A stretch of 64,000 nt of DNA from the IMG/VR virus record IMGVR_UViG_3300027902_000006, positions 64,001-128,000 of that record. One strand, written 5' to 3'. The DNA is from a virus. The translations under genes and the position numbers were made by a program. Positions 47,071 through 58,622 of this stretch are shown here, one piece after another (the stretch's first letter is position 1; every line of letters starts with the position of its first letter). The notes under the pieces were generated by a model, which had not been told where the DNA came from, searched no databases, and saw only the letters and a program-made list of their open reading frames with translations.

Positions 47071-48027
47071 CTACTCCTCCAAAACTGTAGGATGGTCTGG
47101 GACATGGAGAACATACTTCTTCCAATGTCTCCGCAGCATCCGTTGGTAATCTTCCTTGGAATATCCTCGTTTAGTTGATCCGTGCCACTCGAAGAACTGC
47201 ATGAGCCACCGTTGATGAAACTTCGAGAAGAGCCTAAACCAGTCTAGCGTGATACAGATGTTAGGAGTATAGGAATAATTATCAGTGAGAAACTTACAAT
47301 AAGCTTTGATGTATCCATAGAAAACTCCTCCTCTCATCACTGACATTCCACCTGATGTAAGAATCGGTTCTATTTCCGCGTCATAATAAATACGATGTTT
47401 TCTGACGACGGAAGCTATGGTCGATTCGCGATGATTAGTCATACATACTTCTTTGACTGCTTTTACACAAATGTCGATAACCTCGTCTTTCTCAGGAACT
47501 GACGGATCGCCTTTAATAAAAGCGTAGAGGAACCAACTCATCGGTCTGTACTGATTAAATTGAGTGGGTGGAGTATAGATTGCGTTAGGAAGGCCGATGG
47601 GAGGATGCTTCATAGCGTTTAGTCTCCGATAGACTTCTACGCGTTCGTCCATAGAGAATTTACGGTCTAGGAGAGGGTGTATCTGACTAGGCTTGATCCC
47701 ATTCTCACCTAGACGTTCGACGAGTTCGGAGACATTTACGTTGAGTCTCAATTCCCCCCTGTCAAGTATGTGAATCCATTTTACGGCTTCCTTGTAAACC
47801 CCCGAAGCTGGATTACGATGAGTACGCAGGTTCGGAAATGAATTCCAGACATCATCAATCTCTGGACAGTTTCTAATAGGTTTAGGAGTTTTCGTCGGAA
47901 GAGTTTTAAGTGCGTTCTTATCTTTCTTTAGAGCCTCTTTAAGTTTAGCTGCATTACCTTCAACTCCAAGTTGGAAGTCTAATCCTGTTTTATTCCCCGT
48001 TGTAATAATCGGATTTACATCTTTCAT
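47071..48027 (-). CDS. hypothetical protein (replication-module associated)
   Basis: AGGAG SD; 318 aa; no recognised motif. Confidence 0.5.
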   Translation of the reverse strand: MKDVNPIITTGNKTGLDFQLGVEGNAAKLKEALKKDKNALKTLPTKTPKPIRNCPEIDDVWNSFPNLRTHRNPASGVYKEAVKWIHILDRGELRLNVNVSELVERLGENGIKPSQIHPLLDRKFSMDERVEVYRRLNAMKHPPIGLPNAIYTPPTQFNQYRPMSWFLYAFIKGDPSVPEKDEVIDICVKAVKEVCMTNHRESTIASVVRKHRIYYDAEIEPILTSGGMSVMRGGVFYGYIKAYCKFLTDNYSYTPNICITLDWFRLFSKFHQRWLMQFFEWHGSTKRGYSKEDYQRMLRRHWKKYVLHVPDHPTVLEE

Positions 48028-48424
48028 CGCGAGTTCTCCTAACTTGTTAGTTCGTTAATAATCCTAATCGGGCGCGGCACCAACAGAACGTCTCAGGAGT
48101 ATAAAGTATATATGTCACCTACAAAGCCCCATAAAGGTTTTTTAGGTGGTATAGGTATCGTACCTTTTTAAGAAACTCCTTTAAAAAAACATCAAGCATT
48201 ATAATCGTCTCTGGAGCGACGGCTTTTGGTCGCTTCTTTCGTCATATATACCTTTCGAAGTGAGGGCGTAGCGTAGCGTAGCATTACCCGAACGGAGTAT
48301 ATGACGAAACTTAGCGGATACGAATACGAAGATAGATACTCCCTAAGTTTGATAAATATAATATATAAGGAATAGATCCCTACTCCTCGTCTAAGCCCGG
48401 AGTACTCTATGGTTCCCAGACAGA

Positions 48425-48468
48425 GGACCGGATGGGTTGCCTTAAAACCCCCACAACCCATCCGGTCC
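48425..48468. repeat. 15-bp perfect inverted repeat in a largely non-coding interval
   Basis: GGACCGGATGGGTTG-14 nt-CAACCCATCCGGTCC. Confidence 0.6.
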
Positions 48469-48486
48469 ATTATGAAATTATGATCA

Positions 48487-49032
48487 TTACTTAGCATTCT
48501 TTCTGACTCTACGAGTGGACACCCCAATCAACTCCTTTCCATCTCGCCAAGGACTAAACCAGAAGTTCCGGCGATACCAAGCCGACCATGTACCATCTTT
48601 ATTTCGCTTCGGATACTCCGAAATGTAGCCAAGGGCGTAAATGGAAGGTCTTCCACGTTCGCCTCTAAGCACCAACTTAGCCCAACCTTTATTCACCATA
48701 ATTGTCATTACATCATTAATCTGCGACTTCTTCTTCCCGTTGAACCGGCGATTTAGCTTGTCGAGATTAACTTGGACTAAAATTGCTCTACATAACCCAG
48801 TTCCTTTCTTATTCTCCACCCTATGTTGACCACCCAACACCGCTTCGCAAGCTATCATCTGCACTTCCCTAGTGTTCTCTTGTAGGTACATAATCAACTT
48901 AAACTTGAAATGGTCGAAAAATTCAAGGGGGATGTCTTCTTGCCTACCCCGCGTTACCTTTTTCGGCTTAAGTCTTTTTACATCACCGATATATTTGTTC
49001 TTGAGTTCTTGCGGACTATTGATTATACTCAT
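48487..49032 (-). CDS. basic, possibly winged-helix DNA-binding/initiator protein
   Basis: Lys/Arg-rich; MVNKGW helix-wing-like segment. Confidence 0.4.
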   Translation of the reverse strand: MSIINSPQELKNKYIGDVKRLKPKKVTRGRQEDIPLEFFDHFKFKLIMYLQENTREVQMIACEAVLGGQHRVENKKGTGLCRAILVQVNLDKLNRRFNGKKKSQINDVMTIMVNKGWAKLVLRGERGRPSIYALGYISEYPKRNKDGTWSAWYRRNFWFSPWRDGKELIGVSTRRVRKNAK

Positions 49033-49401
49033 AATTAGGCTCCAAGGTTTATTTTCTTCTAATCTCTTACTAAGCTCGATGCTTCGGTCGTATCGGGCTT
49101 AACTTTTTTATTCTACTATTTTAACGGTCTTTTCTCTCAGGAGTTTCATGATCGCTGCTCTGTTATTACAACAGTCTAGAAGAAACTTTTTATGCTTGCG
49201 ACACATATTGTTATGTGCCCAGTTCTGAAAGTCCAACTCCTTTAGACAAGCTTTACAATGGGTCCATTCTTCCTCAGATTCGATTTCGTCTTTGTAAGCC
49301 CAGAATCGTCTTCCACACATAACACATTTATCATAGTGCCTTGGTTTTGTTCTCTGAAACTTTAATACTTTCTCTTCTTTACTCATGCATCACCCCCAAT
49401 A

Positions 49402-49442
49402 TCCACTCTAGAGAGTAAATCTTACCGACTCTCTAGAGTGGA
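49402..49442. terminator. intergenic hairpin
   Basis: TCCACTCTAGAGAGT-11 nt-ACTCTCTAGAGTGGA. Confidence 0.45.
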
Positions 49443-50676
49443 GCCCTCTATCACTTATTTGCTAGTGCTTTCCATGCGTCTTCAAAACGCCAGATAAGTC
49501 CTTTATAGACGGCCTCAACTTGGCTATCGAATTCCTTCTGAGTCATTGTAGTTTCTCCGTTAATTGTCTCAGTTTTGATGAGGAGCCATCTATCATTGAA
49601 GCGTTTGACGTGAGTTTGTCTCATTTTGTTGTCCTCTTTATAGACCGATGTTTACGACGGACTCACACCACTTAACGAAACACTCTTTGTGTATGACTTT
49701 GAAAGTAGAGTTTGGAGTAAGTTCTATGCCATCATAGAGAGTTCCACCCAGTAAGACAAGAATATCTGCATCTCCAATGAAGTCTTCACCACACCAGTCA
49801 CAAAAAGATTCGTCTAGTTTCGGTACTTCCATAGATTAAAACTCCTTACATGGGATCAAGTTTTCTCAGTATTGTTTTGAATCCGACACGTTTGAGATGT
49901 TTAATTAAATCAGACGCTTTCTTCTTGTTAGAGAGCGTCCATTGTATGTCGCGCTCTCCGCATCCTGCCCCACTACCTAGGAAGTCGGCGTCGTGTGCGG
50001 CGGCAATGTGTTTAGCCATTCGATCTTGATCAAGCCAGTTATCGTCCATCGGAAAAACTACTTCAACAGACCACTCAGCCATTACTTGCCTCCATCATGG
50101 ATGTTTTTGAAAGCGGAGTAGAGAAAGTCATCTACTCCTTCAGCAAAGTCTGGACCCTCGAACCTTTTGAGTTGTCTCCAAGCAGGAGCACCTAGGGCGT
50201 CCGATTCCGAGTATTCAAGAATGTAGACATTGTTCCCCTTGTGATAACGTAGCCCAATAACTCTATAGCGATCCAACTGCCATATTTGTTCTCGACTCGT
50301 AGGACGTTGAGACTCTTCTGCCTTTTTTGTCACCTTTTCTCCCTTCTCGTCGAACTTCCCGAATGGATTGTCCCCTGGAGTATAGATGGACATATGTTTT
50401 CTCCGATTAGTGACAACATTTAACTAGAAGTAATATGACAAAAAGGAACGCACACACATCTACGATTGTTTTCATAACCAGACCCTTTTTAGCGTTGGGT
50501 AGAATGATGTCTGGGTTTGTGGTTTATCGCGCCTCGATATTCTTTGAGCTGTTCGACTTCTTTAGAACCTTCCACCGGGATTCCTAACCGTTTGCCAATT
50601 TTAACCAACTGACGAAATGCTGCTCCAGTTTTAAGTTGACGGTCCCCTCTCGTATTGTGATGTCGACGACTTTTCA

Positions 50677-51078
50677 CTACTCCTCCCGTGTCTTAATTTG
50701 GTATTTTCCGAAGGTCATGTTACCTTTGTCATTAGTACACTCAGTATTTTCGTCGAAATGAATTAAATGACCACCATAAGGGTTTCGATCCTCGAGTCCA
50801 GCAGTGACAAGTCCCAATAGTCCGGCGTCGACTCCGTAAAGGTTTCCAAACTGGTCGTTGTACACTCCGTCTCCGTATGCTGTGCTGAATGCGAGGACAA
50901 GACCGTTTGGACGTTGAATGAGAGCAGACTTCTCAAAAAAGTCGGACTCATTCAAGAGATCTACCCAACTATCGTCGAAGCAGTAACACGGATCTCCTAG
51001 CCAGTAGTCACCTGCTGGAACTATCAGTCGTATCATGGAACCTCCCTTTAGTTTGTAGACATAGCCCAGATGTACCAT
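50677..51078 (-). CDS. conserved phage protein (GDPCY...T.YGDG.Y...VDAG type)
   Basis: motifs listed; real start probably 51036. Confidence 0.6.
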   Translation of the reverse strand: MVHLGYVYKLKGGSMIRLIVPAGDYWLGDPCYCFDDSWVDLLNESDFFEKSALIQRPNGLVLAFSTAYGDGVYNDQFGNLYGVDAGLLGLVTAGLEDRNPYGGHLIHFDENTECTNDKGNMTFGKYQIKTREE

Positions 51079-51114
51079 CCAATTATAAAACCCGCCACAA
51101 AGGTGAAAATTCCA

Positions 51115-51345
51115 TCACCCCATTCCATCGGTTTCTTCCTCGTCCAACGCGTCGAACTTTACTGATTCGACCTTTAGGGAGATGTGTCCTCCCCGGTCAA
51201 CTATCTCTCCTTCCACAACTTGCAGTCTTGCCACATCTCTGGCGTTATAACATTCTACTACTTAGATAAGGTTATGAAGTTGAACGAACTCGGAAACAAG
51301 TTCTGCATTCGATAGTCCATGTGCCCAAGTAGCGAGGGTTGTCAT
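51115..51345 (-). pseudogene. 77-codon ORF broken by an in-frame TAA
   Basis: AGGAG SD, MTTLATW...HNLI-TAA(51262-64)-VVECYNARD...GMG-TGA in one frame, filling an otherwise empty gap. Confidence 0.55.
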
Positions 51346-51711
51346 GTTATCTCCTCATCAGGTCTTCTGCTACGATGTTTTTAAATCTTACTTCCTTACG
51401 TGCAGCGAGGAACGATTGCCTAGCGAACTCTGTAAATACTTCCTCTTTGTAGTTGGGATTCGTGCCTTCTAGGCAACGGGCCACGTCGGAGATAACTTCA
51501 ATTGCTTGTCCAAAGGTTTTCCGTTTGTGTGCCATCCTTACGGCCAAACTTTTTGCGATGTTCTGGTAGTCCTTTTTATGAAGCATCTTGAACCTCCTTT
51601 TTGTTCAGGTTAAGTGGGAACATAAATCGTTTACCGATACAGATCGCTCCACATGTTTTGCACCAAAAAACCGGATCATCGTGAGTCATTCCCACTAGTT
51701 TCATTTTTGCT

Positions 51712-52122
51712 TTACATCGACAGTTCATTAGAAATCTTCTTCTCACCTTGGGTGTTTACTTCGCGCAGAGTCTCCCATCCTGTTCGTGGCGTCTGTAAAA
51801 CGAGTTTGTTTGGAAAAAAGATAGCCGTGGGTCTTGCTGGCTTCTCTTTATACTCCCACCATTCGGAACCATCGTATTCGTGGCGTTCCATCCACCAATC
51901 ATCTCCAACTATGAGAAGGTCGACGGCGATTTTGGCAGCTCCGAATCCGTTATTATACTCTGTTCCAGCCGCGACGACTAAAAAGTCGTCTATGGGAACT
52001 TCTTCGGTTTGAGTTCCGACCCAACGGATGTCGCGTATAACTTTACCATTGTCTGAAAGTACTCTGTTAGTTTCTTCAAGAAGATTCATAGCGTCTCCTC
52101 TGTATCGGGTAGTGGACACCAC
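51712..52122 (-). CDS. conserved phage protein (MNLLEET...ER.EYDGSEWW type)
   Basis: motif; real start 52089. Confidence 0.6.
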   Translation of the reverse strand: MVSTTRYRGDAMNLLEETNRVLSDNGKVIRDIRWVGTQTEEVPIDDFLVVAAGTEYNNGFGAAKIAVDLLIVGDDWWMERHEYDGSEWWEYKEKPARPTAIFFPNKLVLQTPRTGWETLREVNTQGEKKISNELSM

Positions 52123-52444
52123 TTGGGAAAAGGATCGTCTGACATAGGTATGACTTTACGAGGCTTCGTTTTTGTGCAGTGATATTCTTCTTGGCCAAAG
52201 TAGAAGATGAAGGGACATTGGATACATCGTCGGATGTCCAGACTGATGTGTTTCACATCGTCTCCTTTAGTTCCGGTGCGTCCGGTAAAGGGCACCAGTT
52301 TGGATAAGGGGTATCGAAGAGCGTTAGAATTAGGGGAGGGTCTTTTCCCCATCTAGGATGTTCACACATTGCCGGAGCGTCGTGTGGATTGGGCATGTAA
52401 GGGCATTCCATACATCCAGTGATTTTCATTACGACTAACTTCAT
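52086..52444 (-). other. tandem pair of small Cys-rich paralogs (C..CP...C...P.WCPLPD)
   Basis: ORFs 52253-52444 and about 52086-52256 share the pattern. Confidence 0.55.
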
Positions 52445-52866
52445 AGTGTCAACTCCTTAACGATAAGAGTAAAGCAGGCCATCAGGTGAGGTGAGATTTG
52501 CTGGGATAAACTCTGAGAAGCCTCTCGGTTTTTCACCACAGTCCCATGCCATGAAGAAAATTTCCATATGCGGTTCGTTCTTCTCGAACCAGTCTGCCGG
52601 AGCCGTTGACTTTCTGACCAGAACGAGATCCCACTTATTTTCACCTACTTCTCTTGCCCAATACAAACCGGGAGTAGAAAGTTCTTCCATTTTCATAGTC
52701 TTATCTCCTTATCTTATTCGACAGTGTCGATCTATGGCGACTACTCTTAAAACAGTCTGCCATCTAGGATGATTCTCGTTGAAAAAATCTGGAGTGAGAG
52801 TGCTACACTCCAAGTCTCCCTCTTTTGACATCACAATGGAGAGTTCTCTAATCATGTCAGAAATTT

Positions 52867-53133
52867 TCATAGTTTCGGCTCCTTTCTCCTTTGAGTTATT
52901 ATAAAAGTCTGAGCAGTTGTTAACTCTAACTTGTGTTCATAGAAAAGAAACGCGTCCCCATCGTTAAAAATGACCTTGTAGAGGAATCTGTGTTCGGGAT
53001 AATCTATTGCTCGTTTAATGTAGGTAACTTCTCCTACGTCCTCATATCTAAGTTCTCTTTGATCAACGACTTTAACCATCTCCCCAATCAAAAATTTAGA
53101 CAGGGACTCATCTTCCATATTAGGTTGGGTCAT
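52867..53133 (-). CDS. SH3/KOW-like small protein with FIITQRRK tail
   Basis: F.IGEMVKV...GEV...YKV.F. Confidence 0.55.
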   Translation of the reverse strand: MTQPNMEDESLSKFLIGEMVKVVDQRELRYEDVGEVTYIKRAIDYPEHRFLYKVIFNDGDAFLFYEHKLELTTAQTFIITQRRKEPKL

Positions 53134-54002
53134 AATTTCAACTCCTCTCTTAGAGATTTAACTTCGTCAGTCGTTAAGTCATCTGGGTCTCCGTGATGGA
53201 GAGTTATGATGTGAGTTTCCAGTCCTAGGCTAGACAGAGTCGAACTCAACTTTTTAGCTTTCGCTTGTGCGAGTGGCTCTGCGTCGTACATAATGAAGAC
53301 TCTTTTGGGTTGGATACTACTGAGAAGTTCTACTTGTGCTAAAGAATACGCCGTTCCGAATGTTGCTAATGCACCATCACCGATTCGCCATGCGTCGAAG
53401 ACCCCCTCAACTATGACGATGGTGTCTTGGATAAAGTCTAGTCCATAAAAGATTTCTTTGTGAGGAATTATTTCTTGGTCTTTTGGACATGCTTTAGTTT
53501 TGAGTTTTGCTACTCCAGTAATGTCTCTCGAGTGATATGAGACTTCTATTTTCTCATAGGTGATCGGAAAGATCAATCGAAATCGGAAGTTTCCAGTAGG
53601 CCCAGTTCCTTTTATTCCGTATTTTTTTATAACAAAATCTGGGTCGAATCTCCGCTTCTCTAAGTAGTCTCTGTGGTAGCTCTGTAGCGGGCCTCCGGGT
53701 ATTACTAGTGGTTTCTTCTCAATCTTGATTTCAGGTAGGGTCGATTTTCCCGAATATACTTGGAGGAGTCTCTCGGCCTCACTTGGCGTGATGTTCAGAA
53801 GTTTAGAAATAACCTTCGGCATGGGGGACCAGCCACAGCGCCAGCAGTGATAATAGACTTCTTTACCTGTGGCATTGAACCCCCCATGGTCACTTTTGTC
53901 GTGACAAATTGGACAGCCAGTATTAACCCAACCAGGGGTTACGTTCTTCCCAGACGTACTGAATGGGATATAGTGATCTTTAAGTAGACGTACTATGTCC
54001 AT
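53130..54002 (-). CDS. DNA primase (Zn finger plus TOPRIM)
   Basis: CPIC.D...H, CWRCG, YL..R, IVEGVFDA, MYD, GDPDD. Confidence 0.85.
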   Translation of the reverse strand: MDIVRLLKDHYIPFSTSGKNVTPGWVNTGCPICHDKSDHGGFNATGKEVYYHCWRCGWSPMPKVISKLLNITPSEAERLLQVYSGKSTLPEIKIEKKPLVIPGGPLQSYHRDYLEKRRFDPDFVIKKYGIKGTGPTGNFRFRLIFPITYEKIEVSYHSRDITGVAKLKTKACPKDQEIIPHKEIFYGLDFIQDTIVIVEGVFDAWRIGDGALATFGTAYSLAQVELLSSIQPKRVFIMYDAEPLAQAKAKKLSSTLSSLGLETHIITLHHGDPDDLTTDEVKSLREELKL

Positions 54003-54703
54003 CTTGTTTCCTTACCCATCAAATAAATTGAGTAGGTAACTAAAATTGTAGGGTTTCTTGTACGTTAATTTGGCTAAAATACCGTGCCACAAGGTGTATG
54101 TTTCGCAATTAACAGAATAGTCTCCACAGTTTAATTGACACATCCACCAAAGGGCAAGAGTCATATCTGTCTCCTCTCTCGCTCTTGAAATTGTTTGCCT
54201 AAACCCTGTCTAGGCGGTATTATCATCCATGCTCGGCCTCCAGAGCGACCTTGGCAGCTAGGAGGATTGCACGGCCTAGGGAAATATCTCTACGGCTCAC
54301 TTCGAGCCCATCGAAATCTTCCCAATGCCCTGAGTCGGGGATATATTTCGCTTCCCAAGCTACCCCTAAATCTGTTAGTTGACTCAACCACCCCTTCTCC
54401 CGCATCTTCTCCACCACCATCATCCAGTGGTTGGCGTTGGTGAGGGGTAGCCACGAAGCCACAGGCATGATTATCGTATCTTGTGGATCTATGCTTAAAT
54501 CAATTTCCTGCCTATTGACCCACAGAGAATGAACGTAAGTTCCATCCGAAAGAGTAGGATGGAACCATTCCATAACCTCTAGGGCTATCCACTCCATCAG
54601 TTTCCTGTCTTCGTCGGTCATTTTCTTCTCCTTCCATAAGCGAACCCGAATCCACCTAGGAAAGCCATTACACTCAGGATGGCTAAGATTATTTCAGAGT
54701 CGA

Positions 54704-55578
54704 TCATGGCAATTCTCCTTTGGCTTTGAGGGCTTGTATCGTTCTCTTCGCTGACCGGTTCATTGCCTTCACTACATCTGGAACTTGCAATAGCACCCGC
54801 CACAACTCAAGACGTACCTTGCAATCGGCCAACTCATGCCGCAATTTCATTACCGTTTTACCGTAGTTTTCCAACTCTATTTCGTAGGCTGTGATTAACA
54901 AATCTCTGCTGCCCACGGCAGCTTGGGCATCAACCAGCTTCTCTTGCAGGGTGGCGATCTGTCGGTCTTTGCAGGCGTCCCCCAACATCAATTCTCCATC
55001 GTTAAATGATCTGGTGCCGCACTCGAATTGTTTGTGAATTGCCACAGCACCACAAGAAACATACTCATATTTAGTTTCTGCCTCGCATTTAGGACAAGTC
55101 TCCATCACAGTTCTCCTTTAACTTTAAGTTGGGTTATACACATGTCGATCTCGGCATGAACTTCCCAGGCTTCGCGACTATCTGAATCAGGTATGAGTTC
55201 AAGTTCTTGTTTACGATGGGCTAACTCTCGCCATAGCTCGAGTCTTCCCTTGCAATCGGCCAATTCCTTAACCATACCCAGCCATGCTCGGGTGGCTAAC
55301 GCGTCCCGACGCAGTTCTCCCCAAGCCTCTCTTAGTTGTTCCCGCAGATGATCAACCTTTGTGGTCAGGGCTTCAAGGTCTTGGAGTAGCTCGTGGTTTC
55401 TGTCGTTCAATTCCCCGGAACTGTCCCAGACCTCTTTATATTTTTCTTTTAGATCCTTGTTTTCGGCTTGTAGAGCTTCGACTTGTTTCGCATGTGCTAA
55501 TTCTCGACAATCACAGCCATGGTGATGTGTAGTACATCGTTGGGCACGTCGTTCTAGTGCCTTCAGATCAGTTTTCAT
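54704..55578 (-). other. two adjacent coiled-coil ORFs sharing a C-terminal module
   Basis: ELADCK.RLELWR and LK.KGEL in both 54704-55108 and 55105-55578. Confidence 0.55.
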
Positions 55579-56055
55579 CTTTGTCTTCTCCTCCTGACTT
55601 TTTTAGTCATGACAGTCCCCTCGGGTTCCTCTGCGCCTTTTATTCTAACATAGATAGCTTGGCGCAGAGGTCGGCGACAGTCCTTACATTGTGGATAGAG
55701 TTCTGGATTATTCTTACGAGTGATACATGCTTCTATGTGCATCATATGATGCTGTTTAAGTTTAAGACAACGTAAATATGTTATTTTGGTATAGTACTCT
55801 AATTCTTCGTCAGACATTGTTAACCTCGTTCTTCGTAGTCCTTATACGCCGCGCGTAGTGCCGTTCTGACATCCTCGAACCACCCGTCCTTCTCGATGAA
55901 AAAGGAGGTTACAATGTCTTGGGCATCGTCGCCCTCGGGGACGTTTTGCATTCCGTCGAAGGCAACGGCCCAGTGTCCATTATCGTCACAAATAAGTGCC
56001 GGACAAGATCCATCGGACGCAGCCTGTTCTAACCAATCGAGCAGTCTCGTATCGT

Positions 56056-56442
56056 TCATGTCTTTCTCCTTTGTTGAGTTATTTGAATGTTTGCTGTGGG
56101 TTTAGTAAAGTTCCCACGCCTCTTCGTACCATCTAGATAGTGAGCTGTCCATGCATAGTCTGAGTTGATTCCACACGCTTCGAAGATACCGGTTTGTGTA
56201 TTAACCCACTCTTCCAGTGTCTTGTCTTCTTCTTCTCCGTCAAACTCATCGACGGGATACCATCTATCACCACAACATTCGCAGTCTCGTCCTCCAGATA
56301 CTCCGTGGAAATAGATACCGATGTCTTCGGCTTTTGCGTTGGCTTGGTTTGCACTCTCTGCCTCGATATAGACGTACCAGTCGACATTCTCATCTTTTCG
56401 TACCATGCCTCCTGAATTATTCTGACGAAATAGGTACCACAT
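56056..56442 (-). CDS. conserved phage protein (QNNSGG...GIYF.G...DC.CCGDRW) with IQITQQRRK tail
   Basis: motifs; AAGGAGG SD. Confidence 0.65.
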   Translation of the reverse strand: MWYLFRQNNSGGMVRKDENVDWYVYIEAESANQANAKAEDIGIYFHGVSGGRDCECCGDRWYPVDEFDGEEEDKTLEEWVNTQTGIFEACGINSDYAWTAHYLDGTKRRGNFTKPTANIQITQQRRKT

Positions 56443-56782
56443 TTTTGACCTCCTTTCTTGTGATTGTGATAGTGATGGGAGTTTTTGGAGTTAGATGAAG
56501 TTTATCATCGTAGAAGTAGAAAGGTTTGATAGTAAGTCTTTGTAGGATGGGTGCGCGTTGCCATGTGGAGTATACGGCGGGATCGGAGAAGAGTTCTCTT
56601 ACATGTCCTTCACTTTTCCATCCGTGAGTGAAGACATGAGTATCTGTATCGGGGTCATTTTCAGTTCTCATACGGGATGCCCAATACTGCCGTGGAATGT
56701 AAAGACTAAGTTCCTTGTTCTGTTCAAGCTCTCCTAGATACATCGTCTCTGTGTCCATGATGATTTCATCACCGATTCTCAT
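56417..56782 (-). CDS. small protein with PITITITRK tail
   Basis: AAGGAGG SD. Confidence 0.5.
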   Translation of the reverse strand: MRIGDEIIMDTETMYLGELEQNKELSLYIPRQYWASRMRTENDPDTDTHVFTHGWKSEGHVRELFSDPAVYSTWQRAPILQRLTIKPFYFYDDKLHLTPKTPITITITRKEVKNVVPISSE

Positions 56783-58089
56783 TTATCCCTCCTTTGTTTA
56801 TACAATTTCATTAACTCTTTGAGTATTTCTGTATCTTCGGGTTTCTTTCCATCCATAATTTTTGTAATGACTTCACGTTTCCTATCAATAAGAGTGAGAA
56901 TATCCTCTTCTACTGTCTTGTCAGCTATTAGGTAATAGATATTGACTGCGTTCTTCTGGCCTATACGGTGAGCCCTGTCCTCACATTGTTCGTGATCACT
57001 TGGAGTCCAACCCAGTTCAACAAATGCGACATGATTTGAGGCCGTCAGATTGATACCAACACCCGCGGCCTGCATGTTCCCAACGAAGAGTTTAATCTTT
57101 GGGTTGTTCTGAAAGTCATCTATAGCTTTTTGTCTTTGTTTAAGGTCTTCCTTTCCGGTGAGCCTAACTGCAACCTTTTTGAACTTTTCCATGAGAAGGT
57201 CTACAATCTCGTGGTGATGACAGAAGGCTATAAGTTTGTTGTTTTCTATGACATTGGCTATCCAGTCTATAACTAAATCCATCTTCCCTCGTGTAGCGAC
57301 TCTTTTAAGATTGGAAAAGTATTGGAGTGGATTGAGGTCATTCTCGTTTAGGGCTTCTTTATATTCTCGGATATTGTTGATAGAAAGTGGGATGACTGTT
57401 CTAAGCTTGTCTGGAAGCTCTTTTTGAACTTCTGATTTTAGTTTCCTAATGGTACACGTTCGTGTAATTTTTAGGTTGAGTTCATCTAGATTCGATGCAC
57501 CACTAGTATCTAACCCCCATCGTGTTCTTTTCGCCTGACAATAACGTTTAGCATAGCCCCACCAAGAGTTGAACATACTCGGCCTGAGAAGGGCTAGGAT
57601 GTTATAGAACTCAATGGGTCTATTGATTATGGGAGTTCCCGAGATTGCGATGATATGGGGAGTTCTGACAGCGAGGGAAATGGTTGCGCGACTACGCTTG
57701 GCGTTACGGTTTTTGAGATACTGGCATTCGTCGAGGATGACTACTTGTGGTTTTACTTTAAGTAGTGCCGGAAGCCATCCGAAAACGATATCATAGTTAA
57801 TAATGATGTAGTGATCTGAGTAGGATTTTAGCGAGGACGGTTTGAGTCCTTCGAGAATTACGACTTTTGGATTTTTGGTCCATTTATACAGTTCACGTTT
57901 CCAATTAAGTTTAAGGGAGGCCGGACAAATTATCACAACCGGTTTACGCTTAGGATGTTTTGCAGTCCAGTGAATTGAGACGGCCGACTTTCCCAGACCC
58001 ATCTCTAGGGCTAGGAGAGCACGTCCATTCCATTTTTCCAACTGTTCAACACTTTCCTTTTGAAAAGGAAATAATTCTAGTTTCGCCAC
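56779..58089 (-). CDS. SNF2-family (HARP/SMARCAL1-like) helicase
   Basis: EMGLGKS, ICPASL..NW, LDECQ, SGTPI.NRP, G.GINLT, Q.EDR.HRIGQ. Confidence 0.9.
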   Translation of the reverse strand: MAKLELFPFQKESVEQLEKWNGRALLALEMGLGKSAVSIHWTAKHPKRKPVVIICPASLKLNWKRELYKWTKNPKVVILEGLKPSSLKSYSDHYIIINYDIVFGWLPALLKVKPQVVILDECQYLKNRNAKRSRATISLAVRTPHIIAISGTPIINRPIEFYNILALLRPSMFNSWWGYAKRYCQAKRTRWGLDTSGASNLDELNLKITRTCTIRKLKSEVQKELPDKLRTVIPLSINNIREYKEALNENDLNPLQYFSNLKRVATRGKMDLVIDWIANVIENNKLIAFCHHHEIVDLLMEKFKKVAVRLTGKEDLKQRQKAIDDFQNNPKIKLFVGNMQAAGVGINLTASNHVAFVELGWTPSDHEQCEDRAHRIGQKNAVNIYYLIADKTVEEDILTLIDRKREVITKIMDGKKPEDTEILKELMKLYKQRRDK

Positions 58090-58097
58090 TTAATTTA

Positions 58098-58622
58098 TTA
58101 AGACTCCAGAAGGTCATCGGAGTAGATTATATCAATCCCGAGTTTGGACAAGCAAGTATTTACTTGTTGCTCACTGATGGGTCTTCTATTCCACGTATCG
58201 TGTCGTAACAGTGCGTCTAGGTAGTAGATGGATTGTTGTGAGTTACGTTTTTTCGTGGCGCTTAGTGTATTTCTTAGTATAGCAAAAGAATTTCTAAGAT
58301 GGGTTGGGATACGATAAGTCCAGTTTCCATCATAGTAGACGTAAAGTTTAGGGTTATCGGACAAAGGTTTAAACTCAGTTTCACCCTTACGCCGTTGTAG
58401 AATCGTGCGTGTGATCTTCTCTACTAGTTCTAAGTCTTTAGGTCTGTAGTCATTTTGATATTTGTTTTCAAACTTAACGGTGCACCAGGTTGTGTGGGGA
58501 CGTTCTACCTGGGCATGTATAATCGTTCCAATCATACCCGCAGGAGTTTGCCCATAGAACTCACTTGTTGTGCTGATGACGACTTTATCGCCTTCTTTGA
58601 ACATAAGACTTAGTCCTCCCAT
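58098..58622 (-). CDS. SH3-like domain (paralog of 42081/42345) with internal KITRTILQRRK and an extra domain
   Basis: GDKVVI...SEFYGQ.P...IGT. Confidence 0.55.
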   Translation of the reverse strand: MGGLSLMFKEGDKVVISTTSEFYGQTPAGMIGTIIHAQVERPHTTWCTVKFENKYQNDYRPKDLELVEKITRTILQRRKGETEFKPLSDNPKLYVYYDGNWTYRIPTHLRNSFAILRNTLSATKKRNSQQSIYYLDALLRHDTWNRRPISEQQVNTCLSKLGIDIIYSDDLLES

